DNA from: Gammaproteobacteria bacterium
GTDB taxonomy: Bacteria; Pseudomonadota; Gammaproteobacteria; Pseudomonadales; Azotimanducaceae
Assembly (NCBI GenBank): GCA_034522075.1
Contig: JAXHLO010000022.1
Span: forward strand, 59,104 to 123,103
DNA: 64,000 bases
Direction of reading: 5' to 3'
A program made the translations under genes and the position numbers. The notes under the pieces are model-generated. The model made no database searches. It worked only from the letters and a program-made list of their open reading frames with translations, and had not been told where the DNA came from. Positions 10,331 through 19,959 of this stretch are shown here, piece after piece. Numbering within the stretch: position 1 is the stretch's first letter; the number at the start of each line of letters is the position of its first letter.

Positions 10331-10475
10331 CGATTCCGAGCGATAGCTTGCCCTGCGACCGCTGACGCTAACCGTCCCGCTCCGCAGCGATCGGGTCCAA
10401 ACACACTGGACAACGGCTGATCCAACAAAGCCTGCCGCGATCAACGGCGTGCAGTCCGTGCGCGGCAATATATCG

Positions 10476-11213
10476 TCAAGTCAAGACCGGCAGGAGTCTG
10501 TCGCACTCTTTCTTGACGACGGCGTAACACTCACAACTGCGCCGTTCGATCTCGGGGCGATTGAGTACGCGGATACGCCCGCGCCTGTATTCGATAACCC
10601 CGAGCTTGTGCAATTTGCCGGCAGCTTCAGTCACGCCTTCCCGCCGCACGCCGAGCATGTTGGCGATAAGTTCCTGTGTCATGTTCAACTCGTCACCGGA
10701 CAGACGGTCCAGCGACAGGAGCAGCCAGCGGCACAACTGCTGGTCAATGCTGTGATGTCGATTACACACCGCCGTCTGCGCCATTTGAGTGATCAGCGCT
10801 TGTGTGTAGCGCAGCATCAGATACATGAGTTCGGTATGACGATTGAATTCGTCCTTCAGGCGCTGCCGCGGCAACCGGAAGGCAGATCCGGCACTCTGAA
10901 CGACCGCCCGGCTCGTCGTGCTCTCTCCTCCCATGAATACGGCGACACCGACAATGCCTTCGTTTCCCACCACCGAGATCTCCGCAGAGGCGCCATTACT
11001 CATCACGTAGAGCAGGGACACGATGGAATCTGTAGGGAAGTAAACGTTATGCTCCTTGTCGCCCGACTCATAGAGGACTCTGCCGAGCGGAAAGACCTCC
11101 AGTGCGAGATGCGGGGTCAAGCGCTGTAGAACGTCCGCCGGCAGGGCCGCGAGGAGCTTGTTCTGGCGGGGTGACTGGATTGTGGGAATCATGAGTCTGG
11201 GCCGCTTGGCCAC
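10476..11213 (-). CDS. Crp/Fnr family transcriptional regulator
   Basis: A cNMP-binding-like N-terminal domain (VLYESGDKEHNVYFPTDSIVSLLY) is followed by the HTH LNMTQELIANMLGVRREGVTEAAGKLHKLGVIEYRRGRIRVLN and a C-terminal CECY motif. Confidence 0.85.
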   Translation of the reverse strand: MAKRPRLMIPTIQSPRQNKLLAALPADVLQRLTPHLALEVFPLGRVLYESGDKEHNVYFPTDSIVSLLYVMSNGASAEISVVGNEGIVGVAVFMGGESTTSRAVVQSAGSAFRLPRQRLKDEFNRHTELMYLMLRYTQALITQMAQTAVCNRHHSIDQQLCRWLLLSLDRLSGDELNMTQELIANMLGVRREGVTEAAGKLHKLGVIEYRRGRIRVLNRPEIERRSCECYAVVKKECDRLLPVLT

Positions 11214-11317
11214 ACGGGAAGCTCATCATACACACCCCCAGGAATTTCGGTACGCTATCGTACGCAATGTTGGCGATCGGCCCGGTTACGAACCGGGCGG
11301 GAATGTTCAGCACACGA

Positions 11318-11989
11318 TTAGCCGAACACCAGGCGATACTTGTCATTGAGCGCCTGATGGCACTCGCAGGCCGCGGATTCGAGCCCGGGGCGATCGAGAA
11401 TCCTGATGTGGCCCCGTGAATAACTGATGAAGCCACGCCGCTGCAGAGAGCCAGCGGCAACGGTTACGCCGCTTCGGCGCACTCCCAGAGTATGGGAAAG
11501 GAACTCATGCGTGAAGTGGACACTGTCCGTGATCCCGAGATCTTGAGTCATCAGCAGCCAACGCGCCAGGCGGGGTTCTATTTCATGAAAGTGCGTGCAG
11601 GCTGCGGTCTGCAGAAGCTGCATCATCAGGCGGAACTGGTAGCGGTGGAGGGCCTCCAGCAGCCGCGGACTGTCGTGCAGCTCGGCGCGCAACTCCGGGA
11701 CTTTGATGACCAGCGCGCTCCCGGCCTCCTGTACCACAGCCTGCATGGGAGCCACGAGCACACCCAGGGACAAGGTTGCCCCCAGCATACCATCCCGGCC
11801 GATCAAGCCGAGTTCGAGAGGCGGCCGGCCATGCAGAGTGCTCACCACAGATATCACTCCGGCAGTGGGGAAATAGGCGCCTTGAAAGGGTTCATTCGAC
11901 TCACACAGTGTGCTGCCTGCCTTCAGCTCGACGCTGTCACACAAACCGGCAAAACGCCGACCCTCTCTGCGCGGAAGGCTGGCGATCAC
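11318..11989 (-). CDS. Crp/Fnr family transcriptional regulator (paralog of the neighbouring gene)
   Basis: Same architecture as its neighbour: HFTHEFLSHTLGVRRSGVTVAAGSLQRRGFISYSRGHIRILD plus CECH. Confidence 0.8.
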   Translation of the reverse strand: MIASLPRREGRRFAGLCDSVELKAGSTLCESNEPFQGAYFPTAGVISVVSTLHGRPPLELGLIGRDGMLGATLSLGVLVAPMQAVVQEAGSALVIKVPELRAELHDSPRLLEALHRYQFRLMMQLLQTAACTHFHEIEPRLARWLLMTQDLGITDSVHFTHEFLSHTLGVRRSGVTVAAGSLQRRGFISYSRGHIRILDRPGLESAACECHQALNDKYRLVFG

Positions 11990-12396
11990 GGCGTTGGCCG
12001 CTCGGCAGTTCAGTCAAGGATGGCATCGTGTTCCTCTGCGGCATCGCCGTACTGGATTGAACGCCTGGAACCGGCTGAAAATCGATCCGGCAGAATGCAC
12101 CCTTGCGCACGACGGGTCTGTACGCTGAGCAACGCAGGCGCCAGTCGCAACACGCCAGCATCTTTTCACGCATCACGAACTGAAGTCCACGCCCCGATCA
12201 ACCTTCCTATGTACGCCGCCGCACAGAACTGGAGAGTCGACCGGACTATTGTGCAGGTGTTGGATGGAATATCGGCCTGCCCAAATACCAGCCAAAGGTT
12301 CGGTCAAATAGCTGATTCGCTTATGCCAGGAAAACGCGCACTGCGGATCTGATGCGTATAGCTTTCTCGGTAGAAGAGAAGCAACAGAGGTGCACC

Positions 12397-12546
12397 ATGC
12401 TCTACACCATAGTCGTCGTCCTACTGATCTTGTGGCTTCTGGGTCTGGTGACCTCAACCACCATGGGCGGGCTCGTGCACGTTCTGCTGGTTCTGGCCAT
12501 CGTCGTGGTCCTGGTCAGAGTCCTCTCGGGCCGCCGGCCTTTGTGA
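12397..12546 (+). CDS. lmo0937-family small membrane protein
   Basis: MLYTIVVVLLILWLLGLVTSTTMGGLVHVLLVLAIVVVLVRVLSGRRPL is the typical 49-aa two-helix protein of this family. Confidence 0.6.
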   Translation: MLYTIVVVLLILWLLGLVTSTTMGGLVHVLLVLAIVVVLVRVLSGRRPL

Positions 12547-12604
12547 AACAAACGCCAAAGTGCCCCGGGCAGCCGGGGCCCTACCGCACAACCAGAGTAC
12601 AATC

Positions 12605-13006
12605 ATGAACATACCGATCTCTCTACCGCAGATTAAACTCCCAGCAGCAGCGGCTCGAAGCCTGCTGGCAGGCGCCCTGGTGCTTGCCGTGGCCGGCTGC
12701 GCCAGCCTGCCGCCCCCCACGGCTCAGCTCGCGGTTGCCGAGGCTTCCGTCAACCGCGCCGATACCAGTAATACGCGGGCGAGCGCACCGGGCGAACTAC
12801 AGATCGCCGTGGCCAAACTGGCTAGTGCACAACAAGCAGCAGCGCGCGAGGACTATGTTCTGGCAGCGCAACTGGCCGAACAGGCTGAAGTGGATGCACA
12901 GGTTGCCATGCTGCACGCTGAAAGAGTGCGCTCGCAGCGATCGGCTCAGGAATCGCTGGACGCAGCCGAAGCGCTGCGCGAAGAAAGCCGCCGCAGGAAT
13001 CTATGA
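12605..13006 (+). CDS. DUF4398 domain-containing lipoprotein
   Basis: Lipobox LAVAGC followed by the helical, Ala-rich DUF4398 pattern (ELQIAVAKLASAQQAAAREDYVLAAQLAEQAEVDAQVA). Confidence 0.7.
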   Translation: MNIPISLPQIKLPAAAARSLLAGALVLAVAGCASLPPPTAQLAVAEASVNRADTSNTRASAPGELQIAVAKLASAQQAAAREDYVLAAQLAEQAEVDAQVAMLHAERVRSQRSAQESLDAAEALREESRRRNL

Positions 13007-13929
13007 AAGCTTTTAGGAGCATCAATACCATGAATACGCGAACGATATTTCAAGGGGCATGCCTGTTGGCTATGGCAAGTCTATTTGCCGCCTGCAGTTC
13101 GGTTCCTTCCGCCAACACAGCGCTGGATCAGGCCCGCGACCGTTACGAAGCCGCACAGCGCGACTCACAGATCACGAGCCTGGCTGCCGAAGAACTGAAG
13201 CAAGCGGGCCAGTCGTTGAGCGCAGCTATGCAGGCCTGGGAAGATCAGGAGCCGAACGCCACGGTTGACCACCTGGCATACATGACGCTGCAGCATGTGG
13301 TTGTCGCCGAGGAAACAGCGCTCGGACGCGCTGCTCAGGCGGTCACCGCCGGTGCAGCAGCAGAGCGCGAACGCATGCGTCTGGCGTTGCGCACCGGCGA
13401 GGCCGACCGGGCCCGTGCAGATCTTGCCGAATCACAAAGGCGCAGCGATCTCATGGCCACGGCTCAGGCAGAAGCGGACGCCGCAGCCAAACGCGAGGAG
13501 GAGCGAAAGGATGCCCGTGTTGCAGAGTTGGAAGCGCAACTCGTGGCGCTCAACGCCAAGAAGACCGACCGCGGGATGGTTCTGACTCTGGGTGATGTGT
13601 TGTTCGATACCGGTCAAGCGCAGATTCGCGCCGAGGGGGCACGCAACATGCAGAAGCTTGCGGAGTTCCTCAAGCGCTACCCGGAGGCACGCGCCTCAAT
13701 CGAAGGCCACACCGACAGCGTGGGCTCGGCCGCATCGAACTACAGCCTGGCCCAGCGGCGCGCGGACAGTGTCCATTCAGCGTTGAGGGCACTGGGCGTA
13801 CCGGCCGCCAGCCTGAGCACGCGGGCGCATGGTCCGGACATTCCCGTGGCGACAAATGAAACGGCTTCCGGGCGGCAGATGAATCGCCGCGTGGAAATCG
13901 TCTTCGCAAATGATGTTGCGGGGAGCTGA
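13003..13929 (+). CDS. OmpA-family lipoprotein with an N-terminal DUF4398-like region
   Basis: Lipobox LFAAC. The C-terminal OmpA domain reads LTLGDVLFDTGQAQIRAEG...IEGHTDSVGSAASNYSLAQRRADSV...NRRVEIVF. An alternative start lies at 13030. Confidence 0.85.
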   Translation: MKAFRSINTMNTRTIFQGACLLAMASLFAACSSVPSANTALDQARDRYEAAQRDSQITSLAAEELKQAGQSLSAAMQAWEDQEPNATVDHLAYMTLQHVVVAEETALGRAAQAVTAGAAAERERMRLALRTGEADRARADLAESQRRSDLMATAQAEADAAAKREEERKDARVAELEAQLVALNAKKTDRGMVLTLGDVLFDTGQAQIRAEGARNMQKLAEFLKRYPEARASIEGHTDSVGSAASNYSLAQRRADSVHSALRALGVPAASLSTRAHGPDIPVATNETASGRQMNRRVEIVFANDVAGS

Positions 13930-14013
13930 GGCCCCGAGAGGGAGACCCAGTTCGATATTCACGAAGCAACCCTTTGAACAACCCGGCCGTAGCGGCCGGG
14001 AGAGTCGTGAGTC

Positions 14014-14946
14014 TCACCCGCGACGGGATCCATTATCGGTACGCTGACGCACGGCAACGGCACGCAACAAATCCAGGGACAGAGGCTTGTAGACAGTGAC
14101 CGGACAGGCGTCTACGGCCCGCATACGCGCCTCAATGGAACGGTCAAAGGTCATGAGTGCCACGCTTGATCCCGGTGCCTTGCGTTGGATCTCCCTGGCC
14201 AGCTTAAGCCCCGCCAGTGAACCGCCGAAGTGTTCATCGACGAGGACCAATACACGCTCGCGGGACGCCACTTCCACGGCCTCTTCCGGACGCGTCATGC
14301 AGACGACATGCAGCCCCATCGCAGACGCTTCCTTCAGGAACGATTCGGTCAGCTGATCGCCCGTATCCAGCACGACGACCTGCAAGCCGAGATTGGACGC
14401 AATCTGTTGCAATGCCGCTCCGGCAGCGGCTGCCCGTTCCGGCCCAGCCGAGCGTTGCAGACCCAGCGCATAGTGGCGCAGTGACGAGATCATCTGCCGG
14501 GTATCGTGTCCCGCGGCCAGAATCAGGCGGCCTTTCTCCGCCAGGTCGCCCAGCGCCCACTCCCGCTCCTCTGCCAACCGGACGGCCCGTTGCGTGGCCT
14601 CCAGCTCGCCAGCCAGGCTGCGATTGAGGCGCCTTTCCGCATCGATACGCTGAATCCGCATACGGCGAATACGCAACGCAATACCCAGGGCCAGGAATAC
14701 GGCTTCAAAGTAGACGAAGGCCCCATAGAGATGTTGATTCAGCGGTACCGTGTCGACAACGCCAACCGAGATTCGCGGAATGATCCACGAACACGTACGC
14801 AGACTGCAGCGAATCGGCGGGATCCTCACCCGGCACGAGATCAATGACGCTTGCCTGAAGTCCAACCAACCAGAGAGCAAGCCAGGGCGACATGCTGAAC
14901 GCTGCCTAACGCTCTCTGGACCGGATGGGTCTGGAGCCGTGTGCAT
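14014..14946 (-). pseudogene. degraded sensor kinase/receiver hybrid: last TM helix + HisKA H-box + REC, with no ATPase domain
   Basis: LYGAFVYFEAVFLALGIALRIRRMR (a 7TMR-DISM-like last helix), then the H-box LILAAGHDTRQMISSLRHYA. About 40 aa later a receiver-like domain follows directly (VVVLDTGDQ...VLVLVDEHF...VYKPL). Only TM-like scraps in other frames lie upstream (14700-15060). Confidence 0.45.
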
Positions 14947-15380
14947 CCGCCGGCAGCGACAATGTCATTCCATACCTCTGTCATGCGGCAGCCGAGCTGC
15001 CAGGCATTAGAGCTATGGTGAGAATAACCGAGCGAATCTATGCGTTCATGTCGGATTCCGGCTACTGGAAAACATAGCCGGCACCCGAGCCGGGAAAATC
15101 GTTGTTTGTCTGATCGCCATCGACACCGGTGGCCAGACTGGCCTCCTGCTCGGCGCCTATCACGACCCGGCCCTGGGAGAGATCCGCCGAAGAGCCGAAC
15201 ATATCGGGGGACTCGGCATTCGACGCTTTCAGGTACGCCTATTGACAAACGCCGGCATACGCCCGCGGACCTATATGGAAGGCTTGCTACACGCCGCCGT
15301 CACGCTGGTGTGACCCCGTCATCACAGGGTGCGATGGAGACTGCGCTCCCGATCAATACAAACCCACGGAGTACGAATCC

Positions 15381-15860
15381 ATGCGAACCTTAAAAATCGC
15401 CTTTGCAGCACTGATATTCGCCGTCGTTGCCGCACAAGTTCAGGCAGACGATCACGGGCCCGCCGGCACGATCGTCGACGTTGCCCGAGAGGCTGGCAGC
15501 TTCGAGACACTGTTGACGGCCCTCGACGCTGCTTCACTGACGCAAACGCTCCAGGGCGATGGCCCCTTCACGGTATTCGCACCTACCGACGCGGCATTCG
15601 CTGCCCTGCCGACGGGAACACTGGAAGGTCTGCTGGCGGATCCTGATGCACTGACTGCTGTTCTGACCTACCACGTCGTCGCCGGCCGGACCACGGCAGC
15701 GCAGGTAGCAAATCTGACTAGCGTGACGACGCTGCAGGGTGGCGATCTGTCGATAACCAGCAACGACGGCGTAACCGTCGGCGACGCCAACGTCACCGCG
15801 GCAGATGTGGAAGCTTCCAACGGAATCATTCACGTCATCGACGCCGTACTCATTCCGTAA
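15381..15860 (+). CDS. fasciclin (FAS1) domain-containing secreted protein
   Basis: Signal peptide MRTLKIAFAALIFAVVAAQVQA followed by FETLLTALDAASL...GPFTVFAPTDAAFAALP...VLTYHVV...NGIIHVIDAVLIP. Confidence 0.9.
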   Translation: MRTLKIAFAALIFAVVAAQVQADDHGPAGTIVDVAREAGSFETLLTALDAASLTQTLQGDGPFTVFAPTDAAFAALPTGTLEGLLADPDALTAVLTYHVVAGRTTAAQVANLTSVTTLQGGDLSITSNDGVTVGDANVTAADVEASNGIIHVIDAVLIP

Positions 15861-15963
15861 CCCCCGAACTGTCAGATCTGTCGCGCACCACCTCCTATAT
15901 ACGCCTTCTGGCGTATATCCCTTCCAATTCGGTTATGGTCCAGTGGAGGGAGGGCTTTGAGCC

Positions 15964-16329
15964 GTGCGCGTTCTGGTTGCTGACGATCATCCCATTTCCC
16001 GTTCCGGGATCGAGTTTCTGCTGTCGGGCGAGCCGGATCTGGATCTGGTTGGCTCGGCGGCAGACGGTGATCAGGTTCTCGAGCTCACGGCGGCCCTAGC
16101 ACCCGATGTGGTCATCCTGGATCTGATACTGCCGAAGCGTCCCAGGCTGGTGGTACTGGAATACCTGAAACGCCTCCATCCCTGCCCGCGGATCGTCGTC
16201 ATCTCCGGACAGGCTACCGGCCTCTCTTTCCGGCAGGCGCTGGACAGCGGTGCCGATGCGATTGTTTCCAAGGAGGACACATCGGATGAGGTGCTCGCTG
16301 CGCGTTTGGGGCTGGAGCCACGCGGCTAG
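15964..16329 (+). CDS. stand-alone response-regulator receiver domain (NarL/LuxR-type REC without an HTH)
   Basis: GTG start. VRVLVADDHPISRSGIEFLL...DVVILDLILP...VVISGQ...GADAIVSKE. The ORF stops after about 121 aa, where NarL-type regulators normally continue into an HTH. Confidence 0.7.
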   Translation: MRVLVADDHPISRSGIEFLLSGEPDLDLVGSAADGDQVLELTAALAPDVVILDLILPKRPRLVVLEYLKRLHPCPRIVVISGQATGLSFRQALDSGADAIVSKEDTSDEVLAARLGLEPRG

Positions 16330-16345
16330 GGTAGTGGTAGAGACA

Positions 16346-16915
16346 TCAGCCTCGACCCGGGCCGACTTCGCCTGACCGGAATCCAGACCCGGGAGAGGGC
16401 GTGCCCACGGGCTCGATCTCCCGAACGGCACCGGTATCAGGGTCGAACACCCTGCGACTCACCCGGCTCAGGTCCACACCGGTCACGCGAACGAACTTCG
16501 CGCCTTCGGCGTACTGAATCGAGTGGATCTCACGAACATCGAACAATCCAGCCTGACCCGGTTCCAGGCGGAAAGTTCGCACCGGTTGCACATTGCCGTC
16601 CTCCGCCTGCCAGATGGTCATATCGGTATAACTCACGGCCTGGCCGTAGACCGCCCAGGAACTGCCATGATCGTGGGGCGGCGAATTGCGCGGGTCGGTC
16701 ATGTTGTAGGTCAGCACGCAGAAGTGAAGCTCGGGGTCTTCATAGATCTGGCGGACGCCGGAAGGCTCGTCTGCACCCAGATACTCGGCACGGAAATCCG
16801 GGTCGCGCAGCAGATGCTCGACCTTCTGCCTGACCAGCTCCCGGCCGTCATGGTCGTCCCCCTTCTGGAGAATCGCTCGGGTGTCGTTGCAGAAATCGTT
16901 CAGGGCCTGACTCAT
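16346..16915 (-). CDS. cupin-fold metalloprotein (cysteine-dioxygenase-like / COG5553-type)
   Basis: 189-aa ORF with the metal-site-like SPPHDHGSSWAVYG and a beta-rich remainder. Confidence 0.55.
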   Translation of the reverse strand: MSQALNDFCNDTRAILQKGDDHDGRELVRQKVEHLLRDPDFRAEYLGADEPSGVRQIYEDPELHFCVLTYNMTDPRNSPPHDHGSSWAVYGQAVSYTDMTIWQAEDGNVQPVRTFRLEPGQAGLFDVREIHSIQYAEGAKFVRVTGVDLSRVSRRVFDPDTGAVREIEPVGTPSPGSGFRSGEVGPGRG

Positions 16916-16981
16916 AGCCGCAGCTCCAGCATTGACGAAAAACTATGCTGAGGGGCCCGCGATGCGGCAACCCCCAGCGAC

Positions 16982-17224
16982 TCAGAACGTCCGGATAAGG
17001 GTACCGACATTGTGCCCATGGATGCAGTAGCAGCCTGAGCCGCCGCCGAGATCCATGATCTTGCTGCGTCCCGAGAGATCCACGTGACGGTGGAAACGCC
17101 GAGCCGCGCCCATGCCGATGGAGTAGGTGGCCTCGTGATAGGCCCGGGCCCTGTCCACTGTGAAGGTCTCGTCGTAACGCCCAAGCAGTTTCTGATCCGC
17201 TGCAGCCGCACGGTGTCCGGCCGA
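16982..17224 (-). pseudogene. O-methyltransferase fragment
   Basis: An unlisted frame between stops reads DQKLLGRYDETFTVDRARAYHEATYSIGMGAARRFHRHVDLSGRSKIMDLGGGSGCYCI, which is SAM motif I (DLGGGSG). It has no start codon and ends right after motif I. Confidence 0.3.
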
Positions 17225-17302
17225 TTAATGGAATCCGGCATGTCTTCTTCTCCCCAACGCTCTCTGCGTATCATGGCGGTATATGACCTTCGAGGAAACG
17301 CC

Positions 17303-18070
17303 ATGAGCTATGACTACGTCACCATCGAACGTGCAGATGGGATTCCCCATCGTCCGTTTCGACCGCAAGAAGAATCTGAACGCGTTCGACGCTCAGTTGA
17401 TCCTGGAGCTAACCGATGTGGCCCGACAGTTTCAGGAGGATCTGGAGACGAGGGCGGTAGTACTCACGGGCGCGCCGGACTACTTCTCCGCCGGTGCCGA
17501 CATTCAGGACATGGCAACCCGGGCCGGACTGTCCGACCTGGAGCGGCGCCAGAGCTACTACCGCGGTGTGCGCCTGTGCGAGGCGTGGGAAGCCATGCCG
17601 CAGATCACAGTCGCGGCCATGGAACGGCTCGCTGTGGGCGCCGGAGTTGCCCTGCCGCTCGCCTGCGACTGGCGCGTGATGGGAGAAAGCGCCTACCTGT
17701 ACGTCCCTGAGGTGAAGATCGGGCTGACGTGCAGTGGGGCGCCCTGCCGCGTCTGGTGAATCTGGTGGGGCCGGCCCGAGCCAAGCGCATCTGCATTCTC
17801 TGCGAGCAGATGAATGCGCCCACGGCCCTGGACTGGGGCCTGGTGGACGAGGTGGCAGCGGACGGCAAGACCGTTGAAAAGGCGCTCGAGATGGCCCGCA
17901 CGGTAGTGGAGCGGCCAGCCGTGGCCGTAGCCATGATCAAAGAGGGCGTGAACGCCATAGCCGGAGCCCTGAACCACACCGCCAGCTATGCGGACGCCGA
18001 CCAGAGCCAGCTCAGCGCCGCCACTGACGATGCGCGCAATGCCAGGGACCGATTCAATAAAGAGCGCTAG
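17303..18070 (+). pseudogene. enoyl-CoA hydratase/isomerase family gene with two frameshifts
   Basis: MSYDYVTIERADG (frame of ATG 17303) continues as (I)PIVRFDRKKNLNAFD...FSAGADI...PEVKIGLT in the 17310 frame. It then continues as VQWGALPRLVNLVGPARAKRI... in the 17729 frame. The first shift coincides with a CCCC run at 17345-17348. Confidence 0.75.
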
Positions 18071-18108
18071 CGACGAGACCTACCTGGGCGCAGGTAGACG
18101 TAATTCTC

Positions 18109-18534
18109 CTAGGGAAAGGAGACCCGGCCGGTCGCTACATCGTATATCGCCCCGACAATCAGCAACTCGCCGGCGGCAACGAGGTCAGCAATGACCTGGC
18201 TGCGGTCGCGAATACTTTTCACGTTCAGGTCGACATTCGCGTGAGTCACGGCGGATACGAATTCGGCGTTACCGCTGGTTCGCGAACCTTCGAACCCCGG
18301 CACGGCATAGATGGCCGGTGCCAGATTGCTCAGCGTGTGGGTCAAGCTGCCGAGCTGCACGCCATCGCAGGCACCCTTCACGGCGCCGCAGTCGGTATGC
18401 CCGAGCACCACGAACACGTCGCCGATACCCTGATCGCGCTCGATTGTTACGCACTTTCGCTTCGCTTTTTTCGATGCCACAGCGTTGTTGGCAGCCCGCT
18501 GGTGTCGTGCCGGTAACCTGCCGTAAGCTGACAC
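18109..18534 (-). pseudogene. beta-class carbonic anhydrase remnant with internal deletions
   Basis: The C-terminal two thirds are intact (VLGHTDCGAVKGACDGVQLGSLTHTLSNLAPAI...). However, CVTIERDQGIGDVF runs straight into VVLGHT. The CxDSR zinc motif is therefore disrupted and the ...ARxAGN...about 30 aa... segment is missing. Confidence 0.55.
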
Positions 18535-18551
18535 ATCCAGGGAGGGCCCAA

Positions 18552-19451
18552 GTGCGACACCTCAACTACAATCACCTGCTGTATTTCTGGACGGTGGCCC
18601 GCGAAGGCAGCATCACCCGCGCATCGGAAGTGCTGTTTCTGACCCCGCAGACCATCAGCGGGCAGCTCAAGCTCCTGGAAGAGACCATCGGCCAGCCTTT
18701 GTTTCACCGGGTCGGCAGGCGCCTGGTGCTGTCCGAGACGGGCCAGCTGGTCAAAGAGTATGCGGACGAGATCTTCTCCCTGGGAGCCGAACTGGCCCAG
18801 CGCATGAAGAACCTTGATCCTGGAACGCCCATCGCGCTCAATGTCGGTGTTGTCAACTCGATCGCGAAGCTGATCAGCTACCAGATCCTGGCGCCGGGGC
18901 TGGAGGGCGACCAGGGGATTCGACTGACCTGCTGGGAGGGCTCGCTGGAGCATCTGCTGGCAGAGCTCGCCATCCATCGGCTGGATCTCGTGATCTCCGA
19001 CCATCCCATTCCAACGGGCCTGAGTGTGCGCGCATACAATCACCCGCTCGGCGAGAGCGGCGTGTCATTCTTCGCCGGCGCATCGATCGCCGAGAGCTAC
19101 GCCCGGGATTTTCCCGCCTCGCTCGATCACGCACCAGTGCTCCTGCCCATGAATACCAGCGCACTGCGCCGGCGTCTCGATGACTGGTTCGAGGCGCGGG
19201 GGATTCGCCCCAGGGTGATTGCCGAGTTCGACGACAGCGCCCTGCTCAAGGCCTTTGGCGAGGCTGGTCTCGGACTGTTTCCCGCCCCATCGGTAATCGC
19301 CGAACAGGTAGCGACCATGTATTCCGCGAGCCGAATCGGCGAGGTCGACGGGGTGCACGAGACCTACTTCGCGATCTCTCCGGAACGCAAGATCAAGCAC
19401 CCGGCTGTGCGGATGATCACCGAATCGGCCAGGGCCCGGCTCTTTTCCTGA
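18552..19451 (+). CDS. nhaR: LysR-family transcriptional regulator, NhaR-like
   Basis: A GTG start gives VRHLNYNHLLYFWTVAREGSITRASEVLFLTPQTISGQLKLLEE, close to the E. coli NhaR N-terminus (INYNHLYYFWHV...LYLTPQTITGQI). The listed ORF starts upstream at 18318. Confidence 0.75.
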   Translation: MRHLNYNHLLYFWTVAREGSITRASEVLFLTPQTISGQLKLLEETIGQPLFHRVGRRLVLSETGQLVKEYADEIFSLGAELAQRMKNLDPGTPIALNVGVVNSIAKLISYQILAPGLEGDQGIRLTCWEGSLEHLLAELAIHRLDLVISDHPIPTGLSVRAYNHPLGESGVSFFAGASIAESYARDFPASLDHAPVLLPMNTSALRRRLDDWFEARGIRPRVIAEFDDSALLKAFGEAGLGLFPAPSVIAEQVATMYSASRIGEVDGVHETYFAISPERKIKHPAVRMITESARARLFS

Positions 19452-19478
19452 CGAGCAGACTCCGGCACTGGCAGTCAC

Positions 19479-19754
19479 TTACGGGAGCACAGCGCCGGCT
19501 GACCGGTGCGACGCTGCCCTATCCGCCACTCGCTGCAGAGCCCGCCATCGAGTCGGAACAATGCCCAGCGCCTCCGCGAGATCTGCAAGGTAGACGCGCC
19601 CTGCGGAACTCGTCGAATCGACCAGGCGATGGGCGTCCAGGTAAATCCTCTCGGCCTCCGCCACGGGGTACGCGCGCATCATGAAGTCCCTCGGTCTGGG
19701 CAGCAGGCTTCCTGCTCGTGGCTCATGCAGGTCGGGGTTGGCGGTCTGCCACAT
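19479..19754 (-). CDS. hypothetical 91-aa protein (weak)
   Basis: This is the tail of a long GC-driven ORF. Only the last 91 codons (MWQTANPDL...VYLADLAEALGIVPTRWRALQRV...) lie in the intergenic gap and look protein-like. Confidence 0.25.
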   Translation of the reverse strand: MWQTANPDLHEPRAGSLLPRPRDFMMRAYPVAEAERIYLDAHRLVDSTSSAGRVYLADLAEALGIVPTRWRALQRVADRAASHRSAGAVLP

Positions 19755-19959
19755 CACGATAGCCTCCGAAACACTGCCGTTACTGTTACAGGACGCCAGT
19801 TCCGCGGAAATCTGATTGTTCCTGAGAGAAGCTTCGCCTGGCTCGAATGACGCAGCCCGCCACCTCGAAAAAACCTGTGCAAACCCACCGGAACTTCGAA
19901 TGTTCCCCACGGGGCATTGCTGTAGTCTGGCGGCCGCTTCGAGCCCTGAGGAGCCAGCA

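Noticed and set aside
11990-12396. A search by eye for CRP/FNR-type palindromes (TGTGA-N6-TCACA, TTGAT-N4-ATCAA) in the control region of the envelope operon.
   Set aside because: I found none with more than half-site quality. A proper motif scan is needed.
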